Shown: positions 38,148 to 45,981 of the stretch, one piece after another
Layout of the letters: each line of letters begins with the position of its first letter
Position numbering within the stretch: position 1 is the first letter of the stretch
Assembly (NCBI GenBank): GCA_964576835.1
Contig: CAZNXK010000003.1
Coordinates: 2,044 to 66,043 of the forward strand
Reading direction: 5' to 3'
Origin: an uncultured Treponemataceae bacterium
GTDB lineage: Bacteria > Spirochaetota > Spirochaetia > Treponematales > UBA12059
DNA length: 64,000 nt
Notes under the pieces: model-generated
Told to the model about the DNA's origin: nothing
The model's input: the letters and a program-made list of their open reading frames with translations, nothing else
Databases searched by the model: none
Position numbers and translations under genes: made by a program

Positions 38148-38962
38148 ACGATTTCCTCCGCGGAGTGCAAGGTATCCGCCAAGAGGGCTGCGCCGCGCAG
38201 GCACTTGTATTCGGCGCTGCCCCGCTGGTCGCCGATCGCGAGCAGCAGGGGTAGGGCGGCATTTTCGATGTCGGCCTTCGGTGGAAGCGGCTTGCCCTCG
38301 AACAGAGCGGCCAGGTCAGCCCTGAGCGACGCGTGGGGGCCGAAGCCTCCGATGGCCACCCTGAGCCCTGTCACTCGGCCGCCATCGAGTGAGAATGCGC
38401 AGGCCGCCGTAGCCGTGGCGATGTCGCAGGCGGTGCGGCTTGCCCTGAGACTCGCCGCCCGAATGCCCGCGCCATCCGCAGGCTTGGCGCCGAGAGCCAC
38501 GGCGACCGAAAGCACGAGCCCACCCGGTTTCTCGAGCCATTCAACCAGCGGGATGGAGGCGGCCGATTGCCCGCGTTCCTGATATTCGACCGATGCTCCG
38601 AGTACCAGGAGGATAGGGGCCAGGCTCGAGCACGATTTGTTCGCGCCAAGGTTGCCGCCGACCGTGGCCCGGTTGCGCGTGTTGCGGTTGGCCATGGATG
38701 CGGCGGCTGCCTTGAGAACCGCCGGTACCGATCCTGACTCGATCAATTCCTGGAACCGGACGCCAGCGCCGATGCGGAGCGTTCCGCCCAGCCGTTCTAT
38801 GGCGCAGGGCACGGCCCGGGAAATATCCACCATACGTTCGGGCTTGTCGCGCGCGTCGAAAGCGAGCGCGAAGGTACCGCCGGCAAGTGCGCCTGCTCCG
38901 GGAAAAGCCAGCAACTCAAGCGCCTCGTCGACGCTGGCCGGTCTGAAATATTCTTTTACCAT
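38144..38962 (-). CDS. ygfM: FAD-binding subunit of molybdopterin dehydrogenase (YgfM-like)
   Basis: The true start is MVKEYFRPASVDEA at 38962. The upstream 155 codons of ORF 38144..39427 are an Arg-rich out-of-frame shadow of the amidohydrolase gene. It has CO-dehydrogenase flavoprotein-like motifs and an ATGA overlap with xdhD. Confidence 0.8.
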   Translation of the reverse strand: MVKEYFRPASVDEALELLAFPGAGALAGGTFALAFDARDKPERMVDISRAVPCAIERLGGTLRIGAGVRFQELIESGSVPAVLKAAAASMANRNTRNRATVGGNLGANKSCSSLAPILLVLGASVEYQERGQSAASIPLVEWLEKPGGLVLSVAVALGAKPADGAGIRAASLRASRTACDIATATAACAFSLDGGRVTGLRVAIGGFGPHASLRADLAALFEGKPLPPKADIENAALPLLLAIGDQRGSAEYKCLRGAALLADTLHSAEEIV

Positions 38963-40368
38963 GCGGCTTGTATCCCCGCTTTCGTTAAGAGGCGCTTGGC
39001 GCAGCGATTGGCTTCGTCGCGTATGCGCTCCTCGTTGGCGCCCGCAAGGCGGCCGCCCTTGACGACGAACTTTCCGTTGACTATCAGATGGTCGACGCCA
39101 TGGTTGTACCCGGAGAACAGGAGCGCGGCGGCAGGATCGGAGAGAGCGCCCGCGTACTCGAGCTTCATTACGTCGAACATGGCTATGTCGGCGAGGGCGC
39201 CTGACTCCATCGTGCCGGCGTCGTCGTAGCCCAGAATGCGGGCGCCGCCGACCGTCGCCAGCCCGAGCACCTCGCGGGCGTTGATGCCCGCGGAGCCGTA
39301 GCGCACACGCTGCAGGAGCAGCGCCTGTCTGGCCTCGCCGAGCATGTCGGAGGCGTCGTTCGAAGCCGACCCGTCCACCGCCAGTCCGACCGAGACGCCT
39401 CGGTCGAGCATTTCGCGCACCCGGCATATGCCGGAGCCCAGTCTCATGTTCGAGGAAGGGCAGTGGGCGACACCCGTTCCGGTGCGGGCCAGCAAGTCGA
39501 GTTCCTCGTCGTTGAAGTGTATGCCGTGGGCGTACCAGACGTCAGGGCCAATGAACCCGCAGTCTTCCATTACCTTGAGCGGCCTGCGGCCGAGCGTTTT
39601 CACGCAGAAGTCAGTCTCGTCTGCGGTCTCCGCGAGGTGCGTGTGGAGCCTGGCTCCGTATTTCCGCGCCAGGTCGGCCGCGTCGCGCATCGAGCGTTCC
39701 GATACGGAGAACGGCGAGCATGGGGCCAGGGCAACGCGCCGCATCGAATCAGGCGCCCGGTCGTGGTACTTCCGGAGGGCTTCCTCGCTCTGGGCCAGGA
39801 TCTCGTCCTCGTCCTGCACAACGCTGTCGGGCGGAAGACCGCCGTCCTTCTTCGAAAGCGACATGGAGCCGCGGGTCGGCGCGAATCGGAGGCCTATCTC
39901 GGCGGCCGCCTTGAACTGGATGCCGGGCAGGTCGCCAGTGAAGCTGCGGGGGTACAGGTAGTGGTGGTCGGTGGACAGCGTGCAGCCTGTCTTGGCGAGT
40001 TCCGCCATCGCGAGCATGCTTGACCAGTAGACCGCTTCCTCGTCGATGCCTTTCCAGACTTCGTAGAGGTAGACGAGCCAGTCGAAGAGCTTGGCGTCCT
40101 GGACTGCCGGCACGTTCCGTGTCAGCGTCTGGTAGAAATGGTGGTGCGTGTTCACCAGCCCGGGCATGACGACGTGGGCGCTTGCGTCGACGACTTCGCA
40201 GCTATCCTGCAAGCCGGCTGGTACGGCTAGGTTCTTGCCGATCTTCTTGATGCGCTTGCCTTCAATCAGCACGTCGACGCCCGCCAGGTCCTCGCTTGCG
40301 GAGCCGGCATTGGCGCCTGCCCCGCAGCGAGGTCGGACCACCCTGAAGCAGTCCTTGAGCAATATCAC
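38956..40368 (-). CDS. Amidohydrolase-superfamily deaminase (8-oxoguanine deaminase / AtzB-like, COG0402)
   Basis: 470 aa with a GTG start. It carries NTHHHFYQTLTR and HTHLAET metal-ligand motifs and AVDGSASND. It is a paralogue of SsnA. Confidence 0.7.
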   Translation of the reverse strand: MILLKDCFRVVRPRCGAGANAGSASEDLAGVDVLIEGKRIKKIGKNLAVPAGLQDSCEVVDASAHVVMPGLVNTHHHFYQTLTRNVPAVQDAKLFDWLVYLYEVWKGIDEEAVYWSSMLAMAELAKTGCTLSTDHHYLYPRSFTGDLPGIQFKAAAEIGLRFAPTRGSMSLSKKDGGLPPDSVVQDEDEILAQSEEALRKYHDRAPDSMRRVALAPCSPFSVSERSMRDAADLARKYGARLHTHLAETADETDFCVKTLGRRPLKVMEDCGFIGPDVWYAHGIHFNDEELDLLARTGTGVAHCPSSNMRLGSGICRVREMLDRGVSVGLAVDGSASNDASDMLGEARQALLLQRVRYGSAGINAREVLGLATVGGARILGYDDAGTMESGALADIAMFDVMKLEYAGALSDPAAALLFSGYNHGVDHLIVNGKFVVKGGRLAGANEERIRDEANRCAKRLLTKAGIQAAW

Positions 40369-41822
40369 CTGAGTACCTCGGCGTTGAATTCGTTGATAAT
40401 GACGTCCAGGTCAGCTGCCTGGGCGCGGAGTCCGCCCCAGTAATTGCGGTGGTCGTCCCACTGGGCGCGCAGTTCGTCCACGCCCTTGCCCAGCTGCTCC
40501 ACCCAGCTGAAGTACTTGAGCTGGTGTATCCGGCGTTTGTCGACCTGTGACAATTCCATGACATGGTCGACGGATTGGCCCTGGATGCGGTCAAAGTCCT
40601 TGTCGGCCTGGCGCTGGGTATACGCGCCGCGCTCGGCGTTCATCTCCGCGATCCGGCTGCCGTACATGTCCATGGAATCGGTGAACATGGTGAACACCAC
40701 GTCCGTCTCGTCCATTTCGTAGTACTTGGCCATTTTAATGGCGGCGACGAGGTTGCCGACGCCGGATATGCCCATCAGGTTCAGGCGGGCGATGGTTGCT
40801 GCGTCGACGCCCATCTCGGCCAGTACCTTGTGGCCGGCTGGTTCGTTGAACAGGCGGATAAAGCGGATCGGCAGCTCGTCATCCACGCCTATCGCTGCGT
40901 CGGTCTCGCGCATGTTGTGGATCCACGGGATGTGCTTGTCGCCGATGCCTTCGATGCGGTGGTCGCCGAAACCGTTTTCCAGGATGGTGGGGCACTGCAG
41001 GGCCTCGGCTACGCCGACCTTTGAACCGGGAAAGTGGTCGCGGATGTAGCTGCCCGAGCCCATGGTTCCCGCAGAGCCTGATGACAAGACTGCGCCGCCG
41101 ACATGGTCGCCGGGTTTGGCGATTTTCTTGAAGACTTCGGCCATGGCAGGGCCGGTGACGTTATAGTGCCACAGGTGGTTGGGCAGCTGGTCGAACTGGT
41201 TGAAAATCACGCATTCTGGCCGGTTTTTCTCGATGTCTATGCACTTGTCGAAAATTTCCTTGACGTTGGACTCGCAGCCCGGTGTTGCGATGACTTCCTC
41301 GGCCATGGTCTTGAGCCAGGTGAAGCGCTCCTTGCTCATGCCGGCGGGGAGGATGGCCACCGACGGGCAGGACAGGAGGCGGGAGATGTATGCTCCGCCA
41401 CGGCAGTAATTGCCGGTGCTCGGCCAGACGGCCTTCTTGCTCGTCGGATCAAAACGGCCGGTCACCAATTCGGGGAGGAGGCAAGACAGCGCCGCGCCGA
41501 CCTTGTGAGCGCCGGTGGGGAACCACTTGCCGACGAGGCCGACGATGCGGGCCTTGGTGCCGGTGATGGAGCGCGGAATCTCGAAGTAGTTGACGTCGCC
41601 AAAGGTGCCACCCTTTTCCTTGGGCTCGTTGTGCCAGTTGACGCGGAACAGATTGCGGCTGTGTACATCCCACAGTCCTATGCTCTTGAGTTCGTCCTTG
41701 TATTTCTGGGGAATCTTGGACGGGTCGCGCATCTGCTCGTAGGTCGGAAGGATGATGCCCTTCTCCTTGCAGCGCTGTATGTTCTTCTTGCGTGCCTTCT
41801 CGTCAATCCTTAAATCGATCAT
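40365..41822 (-). CDS. Fold-type II PLP-dependent enzyme (CysK/TrpB-like) with long C-terminal extension, function unknown
   Basis: Start MIDLRIDEK at 41822, 485 aa. The candidate PLP lysine is in FPTGAHKVGAA and the glycine loop in SSGSAGTMGSG. The ~130-aa C-terminal helical region is not recognised. Confidence 0.65.
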   Translation of the reverse strand: MIDLRIDEKARKKNIQRCKEKGIILPTYEQMRDPSKIPQKYKDELKSIGLWDVHSRNLFRVNWHNEPKEKGGTFGDVNYFEIPRSITGTKARIVGLVGKWFPTGAHKVGAALSCLLPELVTGRFDPTSKKAVWPSTGNYCRGGAYISRLLSCPSVAILPAGMSKERFTWLKTMAEEVIATPGCESNVKEIFDKCIDIEKNRPECVIFNQFDQLPNHLWHYNVTGPAMAEVFKKIAKPGDHVGGAVLSSGSAGTMGSGSYIRDHFPGSKVGVAEALQCPTILENGFGDHRIEGIGDKHIPWIHNMRETDAAIGVDDELPIRFIRLFNEPAGHKVLAEMGVDAATIARLNLMGISGVGNLVAAIKMAKYYEMDETDVVFTMFTDSMDMYGSRIAEMNAERGAYTQRQADKDFDRIQGQSVDHVMELSQVDKRRIHQLKYFSWVEQLGKGVDELRAQWDDHRNYWGGLRAQAADLDVIINEFNAEVLR

Positions 41823-41854
41823 GTGTCGCTCCTTATTAGTCGAGAAAAAAATTT

Positions 41855-41969
41855 GCCACGGAGGCACGGAGTCACGGAGCAAGAGAAAGAGGGCAAGGAT
41901 AGAGAAAGATATACTTTATCTACCATTTTTCTGCTCTCTTCATCTCCGTGTCTCCGTGCCTCCGTGGTC
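41855..41969. repeat. CACGGAGN palindromic repeat element (best-preserved copy)
   Basis: Left arm GCCACGGAGGCACGGAGTCACGGAG (41855-41879). Right arm CTCCGTGTCTCCGTGCCTCCGTGGTC (41944-41969). The core is 64 nt and A/T-richer. Confidence 0.8.
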
Positions 41970-41979
41970 TGATTCATCA

Positions 41980-43182
41980 TTACAGGCCTAAGCCTTTCAT
42001 GGCGCCGGCTACGTCTTTCAGGCCCGAACCGGTAAGCATCACGACGATGGTTTCGTCGGGGCGCAGGCCGGATTTGACCTTCTGGAAGCCTGCCCATGCC
42101 GCGCACGAACTCGGCTCCGAGAAGAGGCCAGCCTTGGAGGCCAGCTCCCGCTGGGCATCGAGTATCTGCGCGTCGGTGACGACGACCGCCTTGCCCTGGT
42201 GAGCCCTGAGCTTGGACAGGGCGTGGCTGCCGTTGCGCGGCACGTCGACCGCTATCGAATCGGCTATAGTGTCGCTCGACACCGGCTTGCCGAAGCTGCC
42301 GGCTGCCAACGCCCGGGCAATGGCGCTCGAGCCTTCCGCCTGGCAGGCCCAGACGGTCGGAACCTTCTGGATGCGCCCGAGCCTGACCAGGTCCTCGAAG
42401 CCCTTGTAGACTCCGGCGATTATGACGCCGTCGCCTACCGGCACGAAGACATGGTCAGGAGCGACGTAGTCCTTCTTCGCCAGCTCGGCAAGATGCCCGG
42501 CGCGTTTGGCTTCGCCCTCCCTCGCGCGCGCAAGGTCCCGCACCATCTCGAAGCTGACCGTCTTCTTGCCCTCGATTGTCAGCGGGTTGTACGCTGTGTT
42601 CCGCGACAGCACTCCTGTGGCCTTGCTGTAGGCCAGAGACTGGTCGAAGGCGACGTCGTATGTTCCGTCGACCTCCCTGAGTTCCGCCCCGTACTGCAGC
42701 ACCTGGACGCGCTTGGCGACCGGGGCTTTTTTGGGGAGGAATACGGTGATCTTGAGGCCGGCCGCGGCTCCGACGCCGGACATGCTCGAGGCGGCGTTGC
42801 CGGTGCTCGCGAGCGCGATTTCGGTGATGCCGCGTTCCTTGGCGAAGCCCGCCACGAGGTAGGAGGCGCGATCCTTGAACGAACCGGTCGGCTCGCAGGT
42901 GTCGTCCTTCAGGAACAGCCTCGGGAAGCCTGTTTCGTCGCGAAGGCGCCGGGGTTCCCACATCGGCGTGTTGCCGACCGGCAGGGGAGGAAGGAATTCC
43001 TTCGATACCGGAAGGGGCACGTCATCCGGGCCCCCGTCGAACGTACCGTCCCATGCGCACTCGAGGACGCCCTCCAGCGGTCTTTCAGCCTGTTGCTTTG
43101 CCGAACAGGCGTCGCAGAGGTAGCGACCCGGCTCGATATCGTACTCGGCCCCACACTCGGGGCATTTATAAAACCACCTCAC
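41980..43182 (-). CDS. Threonine-synthase-family PLP enzyme with N-terminal zinc ribbon
   Basis: 400 aa. It has CPECG...CDAC zinc-ribbon cysteines and the PLP-lysine motif EPTGSFKDRAS typical of the ThrC family. It is embedded in the purine island and flanked on both sides by repeat elements. Confidence 0.75.
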   Translation of the reverse strand: MRWFYKCPECGAEYDIEPGRYLCDACSAKQQAERPLEGVLECAWDGTFDGGPDDVPLPVSKEFLPPLPVGNTPMWEPRRLRDETGFPRLFLKDDTCEPTGSFKDRASYLVAGFAKERGITEIALASTGNAASSMSGVGAAAGLKITVFLPKKAPVAKRVQVLQYGAELREVDGTYDVAFDQSLAYSKATGVLSRNTAYNPLTIEGKKTVSFEMVRDLARAREGEAKRAGHLAELAKKDYVAPDHVFVPVGDGVIIAGVYKGFEDLVRLGRIQKVPTVWACQAEGSSAIARALAAGSFGKPVSSDTIADSIAVDVPRNGSHALSKLRAHQGKAVVVTDAQILDAQRELASKAGLFSEPSSCAAWAGFQKVKSGLRPDETIVVMLTGSGLKDVAGAMKGLGL

Positions 43183-43241
43183 CAGTTACTCCTTCGCCTA
43201 AAGCATCCTTGGAACTACGGAAAAGAAAGACAAGAAAATCA

Positions 43242-43415
43242 GACCACGGAGACACGGTGTGCCGCGAGACTCGCAGCGCCGCAAGGGGGCTCTGGGGGAT
43301 CGCGTACGTTTACGTACGAGCCCCAAGCGGCTACCGTTAGGGGGGATACCCCCCTAATACCCCCTGTGATTCTGCGCACTGCTCGAATCACACCGTGTCT
43401 CCGTGCCTCCGTGGC
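43242..43415. repeat. CACGGAGN palindromic repeat element with a long structured core
   Basis: Left arm GACCACGGAGACACGGTGT (43242-43260). Right arm ACACCGTGTCTCCGTGCCTCCGTGGC (43390-43415). The core holds nested hairpins (GGGGCTC...GAGCCCC, CGTACGTTTACGTACG, GGGGGGATACCCCCC, GTGATTC...GAATCAC). Confidence 0.8.
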
Positions 43416-43441
43416 ACGCTTCATTCCGTAGCCTCTTCCTC

Positions 43442-44662
43442 TTAAAGTTTGGCTGCTTCTAGCGCATAGGGAAGGGCGGCATAGAAGGCGGCGGCCTTCC
43501 AGAGATCGTCCACCCGCGTGGTCTCATTGGGAGCATGTGCCTGGTTCTCGTCCCCCGGGCCGAAGCCAATGCTCGGTATGCCGTGCCTTCCCGCGACGGC
43601 GACGGCGTTGGTCGAAAACGTCCACTTGTCGACGACCGGTGCCTTTTCGAACACGGCTTCGTGTGCGGCTATGCCCGCCTTGACGAAGGGATGGTCGGCG
43701 GGGAACTTCCAGGTCGGGAAGTACAGCTCCTGACGGTAGTCCTTGCCGGTCCAGCTCGGGATGGCGTATTCGGGCATCTTTACTTCCACGGCATCGACAC
43801 CGGCGGCAAGTACGGCATCCTTGACTTGCTTCATCGCCATATCGGCGGTCTCTCCCCAGGTCAGGCGGCGGTCCAGGTAGAGCATCGCCTGGTCCGGTAC
43901 CGCGCACTGCGATGGGCCGTGTACGTTGATCTGGGAAACGACGACGGTGCCCTTGCCGAGGAAGCCGTCATCGTCCGGTTTCAGCGCGGCATTCAGTTTT
44001 TCGATGGCCAGCGCGGCCTTGGCAGCCTTGTAAGCTGCCGACACTCCTCGTTCGGGAGCGGAGCCATGGCAGGAAACACCTTTCATGTGCACTTCCATCT
44101 CCATGCGTCCACGGTGTCCTCGATAGAGGCGAAGTGTCGTCGGCTCGGTGGAGACGAAGAAGTCGGGGACGAATTTTTCTTCCTCGATCAGGTACTTCCA
44201 GCACATGCCATCGCAGTCTTCTTCAATTATAGAGAAGACGAACCACACGCTGTAGTCGCCCGAGTACTTGAGTTCCTTGAGTATGCGACCCGCGGTGATC
44301 ATTGCCGCCGCTCCGCCGGTCTGGTCGCTGGTGCCGCGTCCGTAGATGAGGCCGCCTTCTATGTCTCCTGAGAAAGGGTCGCGCTTCCATTGGGAACGAT
44401 CGCCCACGCCGACGGTGTCGATATGGGCATCGATGACGAGTTTCTTCGGGCCATTCCCGACGCGGGCGAGCAGGTTTCCAAGGCCGTCGATGCGGACTTC
44501 ATCGAAACCGGCCTTCTCGCACATGCTCTTGAGCAGCATGATGCGATCCTTTTCCTTGTTGCTCATCGCCGGCACCTTGATGATGCTCGAGAGGTTCTGC
44601 GCGGTCCAGTCCTTGTACGACTCGGCCTTGGCCCTGATTTCCTTGCCGTTCTGCATGCTCAT
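43442..44662 (-). CDS. ygeY: YgeY-type M20 family peptidase/deacylase
   Basis: Start MSMQNG at 44662, 6 nt after GGAGGA, with an ATGA overlap with the ssnA stop. It is strongly collinear with E. coli YgeY (DAHIDTVG, GRGTSDQ, VSCHGSAPERG, DRRLTWGE, KWTFSTN, GFGPG...AHAPNE). Confidence 0.9.
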   Translation of the reverse strand: MSMQNGKEIRAKAESYKDWTAQNLSSIIKVPAMSNKEKDRIMLLKSMCEKAGFDEVRIDGLGNLLARVGNGPKKLVIDAHIDTVGVGDRSQWKRDPFSGDIEGGLIYGRGTSDQTGGAAAMITAGRILKELKYSGDYSVWFVFSIIEEDCDGMCWKYLIEEEKFVPDFFVSTEPTTLRLYRGHRGRMEMEVHMKGVSCHGSAPERGVSAAYKAAKAALAIEKLNAALKPDDDGFLGKGTVVVSQINVHGPSQCAVPDQAMLYLDRRLTWGETADMAMKQVKDAVLAAGVDAVEVKMPEYAIPSWTGKDYRQELYFPTWKFPADHPFVKAGIAAHEAVFEKAPVVDKWTFSTNAVAVAGRHGIPSIGFGPGDENQAHAPNETTRVDDLWKAAAFYAALPYALEAAKL

Positions 44663-45981
44663 TTCGTTTCCTCCATACGCTGCCATAATCTGCGCGTCTC
44701 GGACCTGCCCATGGCCGCGATGGCCCTGGTGTCAAAGAGCGGTTTCCTGTTCTTGACGATATATTTTCCGCCGACCATGGTCGAAGCGACCATGCGCGAA
44801 CTCATGCCGAATGCCGCGTGACCCGCGACGTTGCCGCTCTCGAGCGGAGTCGGCGGATCGTAGTCCCAGAACGCGATGTCGGCCTCGTAGCCTGCTTCGA
44901 TCCTGCCAAAACGCTTGCCGGGGAAATAGCGTTCCAGGAGTCGGTTGCCGTTCTGGAGCATTGCCAGGAAGGAATCCATCCACATCGTTCCGCCAGCGTC
45001 GTGGTGTTTGAAGAACGCGAAATTCGCTTCTTCGAGCATGTCGGAGCCGATGCCGTCGGTGCCCAGGACGGCGTTCCTGTACAACCCTATCTTGTCATTG
45101 TAACCCACGAAGTTGTTCATGTTCGATCGGGCGTTGTGGGCTATGAACGAGTCACGTTCGTTGACCAGTTCGACTTCGCTCGCCGACAGGAAGAGCCCGT
45201 GCCCCAGTATAGTCCTGGGGCCAAGCAACCCGGCCTCGTCGAGCCTGACGCATATGTCCTTGCCGTAGCGGTAGCGGGAATCGACGGCGTCGAATTTGTC
45301 CTCGGCGACGTGGATGTGGAGTCCCCTGCCGGTCGATTTGCACGCGGCCGAGAGAGCGGCCATGGTCCTGTCGTCGACAGTAAATGGCGCGTGTGCGCCG
45401 ATCGCCGCCTCGACCATGGGCTCGCCGCCTGCCTTCCGCTCGGCATCGACGGCGTTCGCGAAGCGCACGTTCTCACGGACGCCTGAATCCGCCCCGGAGC
45501 GGCCGTTGCGGTCGGTCACCTCGTAGCACAGCACGCCGCGGATGCCCACCGTGTCGAAGCCCTCCCGCAGCACGTCGAGCGAGCCGTCGATGAATTCGGG
45601 GCTGGCGTGGTGGTCGACGACTGCCGTGACGCCCATGGCCGCCGCGTCGGCCGCTCCGGCCAGGCCGCTCGCGCGGACTATGCCCTCGTCCAGTGCGCGG
45701 TCGAGCCGCCACCACAGGTTGACGAGCTGCTGGGCAAAATCCTTGCTCGGCGCTATGGCTACCGACAGGCCGCGGGCCAAAGCCGAGTAGAAATGGTTGT
45801 GCGAGCACACGAGGCCGGGACTCGCGTAGCCGCCGGGAGACTCCCGCGAGGCGCCGGGGTATTTTGCCGCCAGGCTCTTGCCTGTTTCGACGATGGTCCG
45901 GCCGTCGATGGCTATGTCCATCGGCTCGGAAACCGAACCGGGGTGGAAATGGAGAACGCGTACGTTCTCGATGATCATCAT
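44659..45981 (-). CDS. ssnA: SsnA-type putative aminohydrolase
   Basis: 440 aa, amidohydrolase fold (CSHNHFYSALARG, HIHVAED, GTDGIGSDM). Size and position between ygfK and ygeY match the E. coli-type cluster. Confidence 0.85.
   Translation of the reverse strand: MMIIENVRVLHFHPGSVSEPMDIAIDGRTIVETGKSLAAKYPGASRESPGGYASPGLVCSHNHFYSALARGLSVAIAPSKDFAQQLVNLWWRLDRALDEGIVRASGLAGAADAAAMGVTAVVDHHASPEFIDGSLDVLREGFDTVGIRGVLCYEVTDRNGRSGADSGVRENVRFANAVDAERKAGGEPMVEAAIGAHAPFTVDDRTMAALSAACKSTGRGLHIHVAEDKFDAVDSRYRYGKDICVRLDEAGLLGPRTILGHGLFLSASEVELVNERDSFIAHNARSNMNNFVGYNDKIGLYRNAVLGTDGIGSDMLEEANFAFFKHHDAGGTMWMDSFLAMLQNGNRLLERYFPGKRFGRIEAGYEADIAFWDYDPPTPLESGNVAGHAAFGMSSRMVASTMVGGKYIVKNRKPLFDTRAIAAMGRSETRRLWQRMEETK

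Noticed and set aside
41855-41969. Possibility that the periodic CACGGAGN repeats are a CRISPR array or an array of transcription-factor boxes belonging to one gene.
   Set aside because: The units are only 8 nt, directly abutting without spacers, arranged as inverted arms, and dispersed at four unrelated loci. No cas genes are present. They behave like REP/MITE-type elements.
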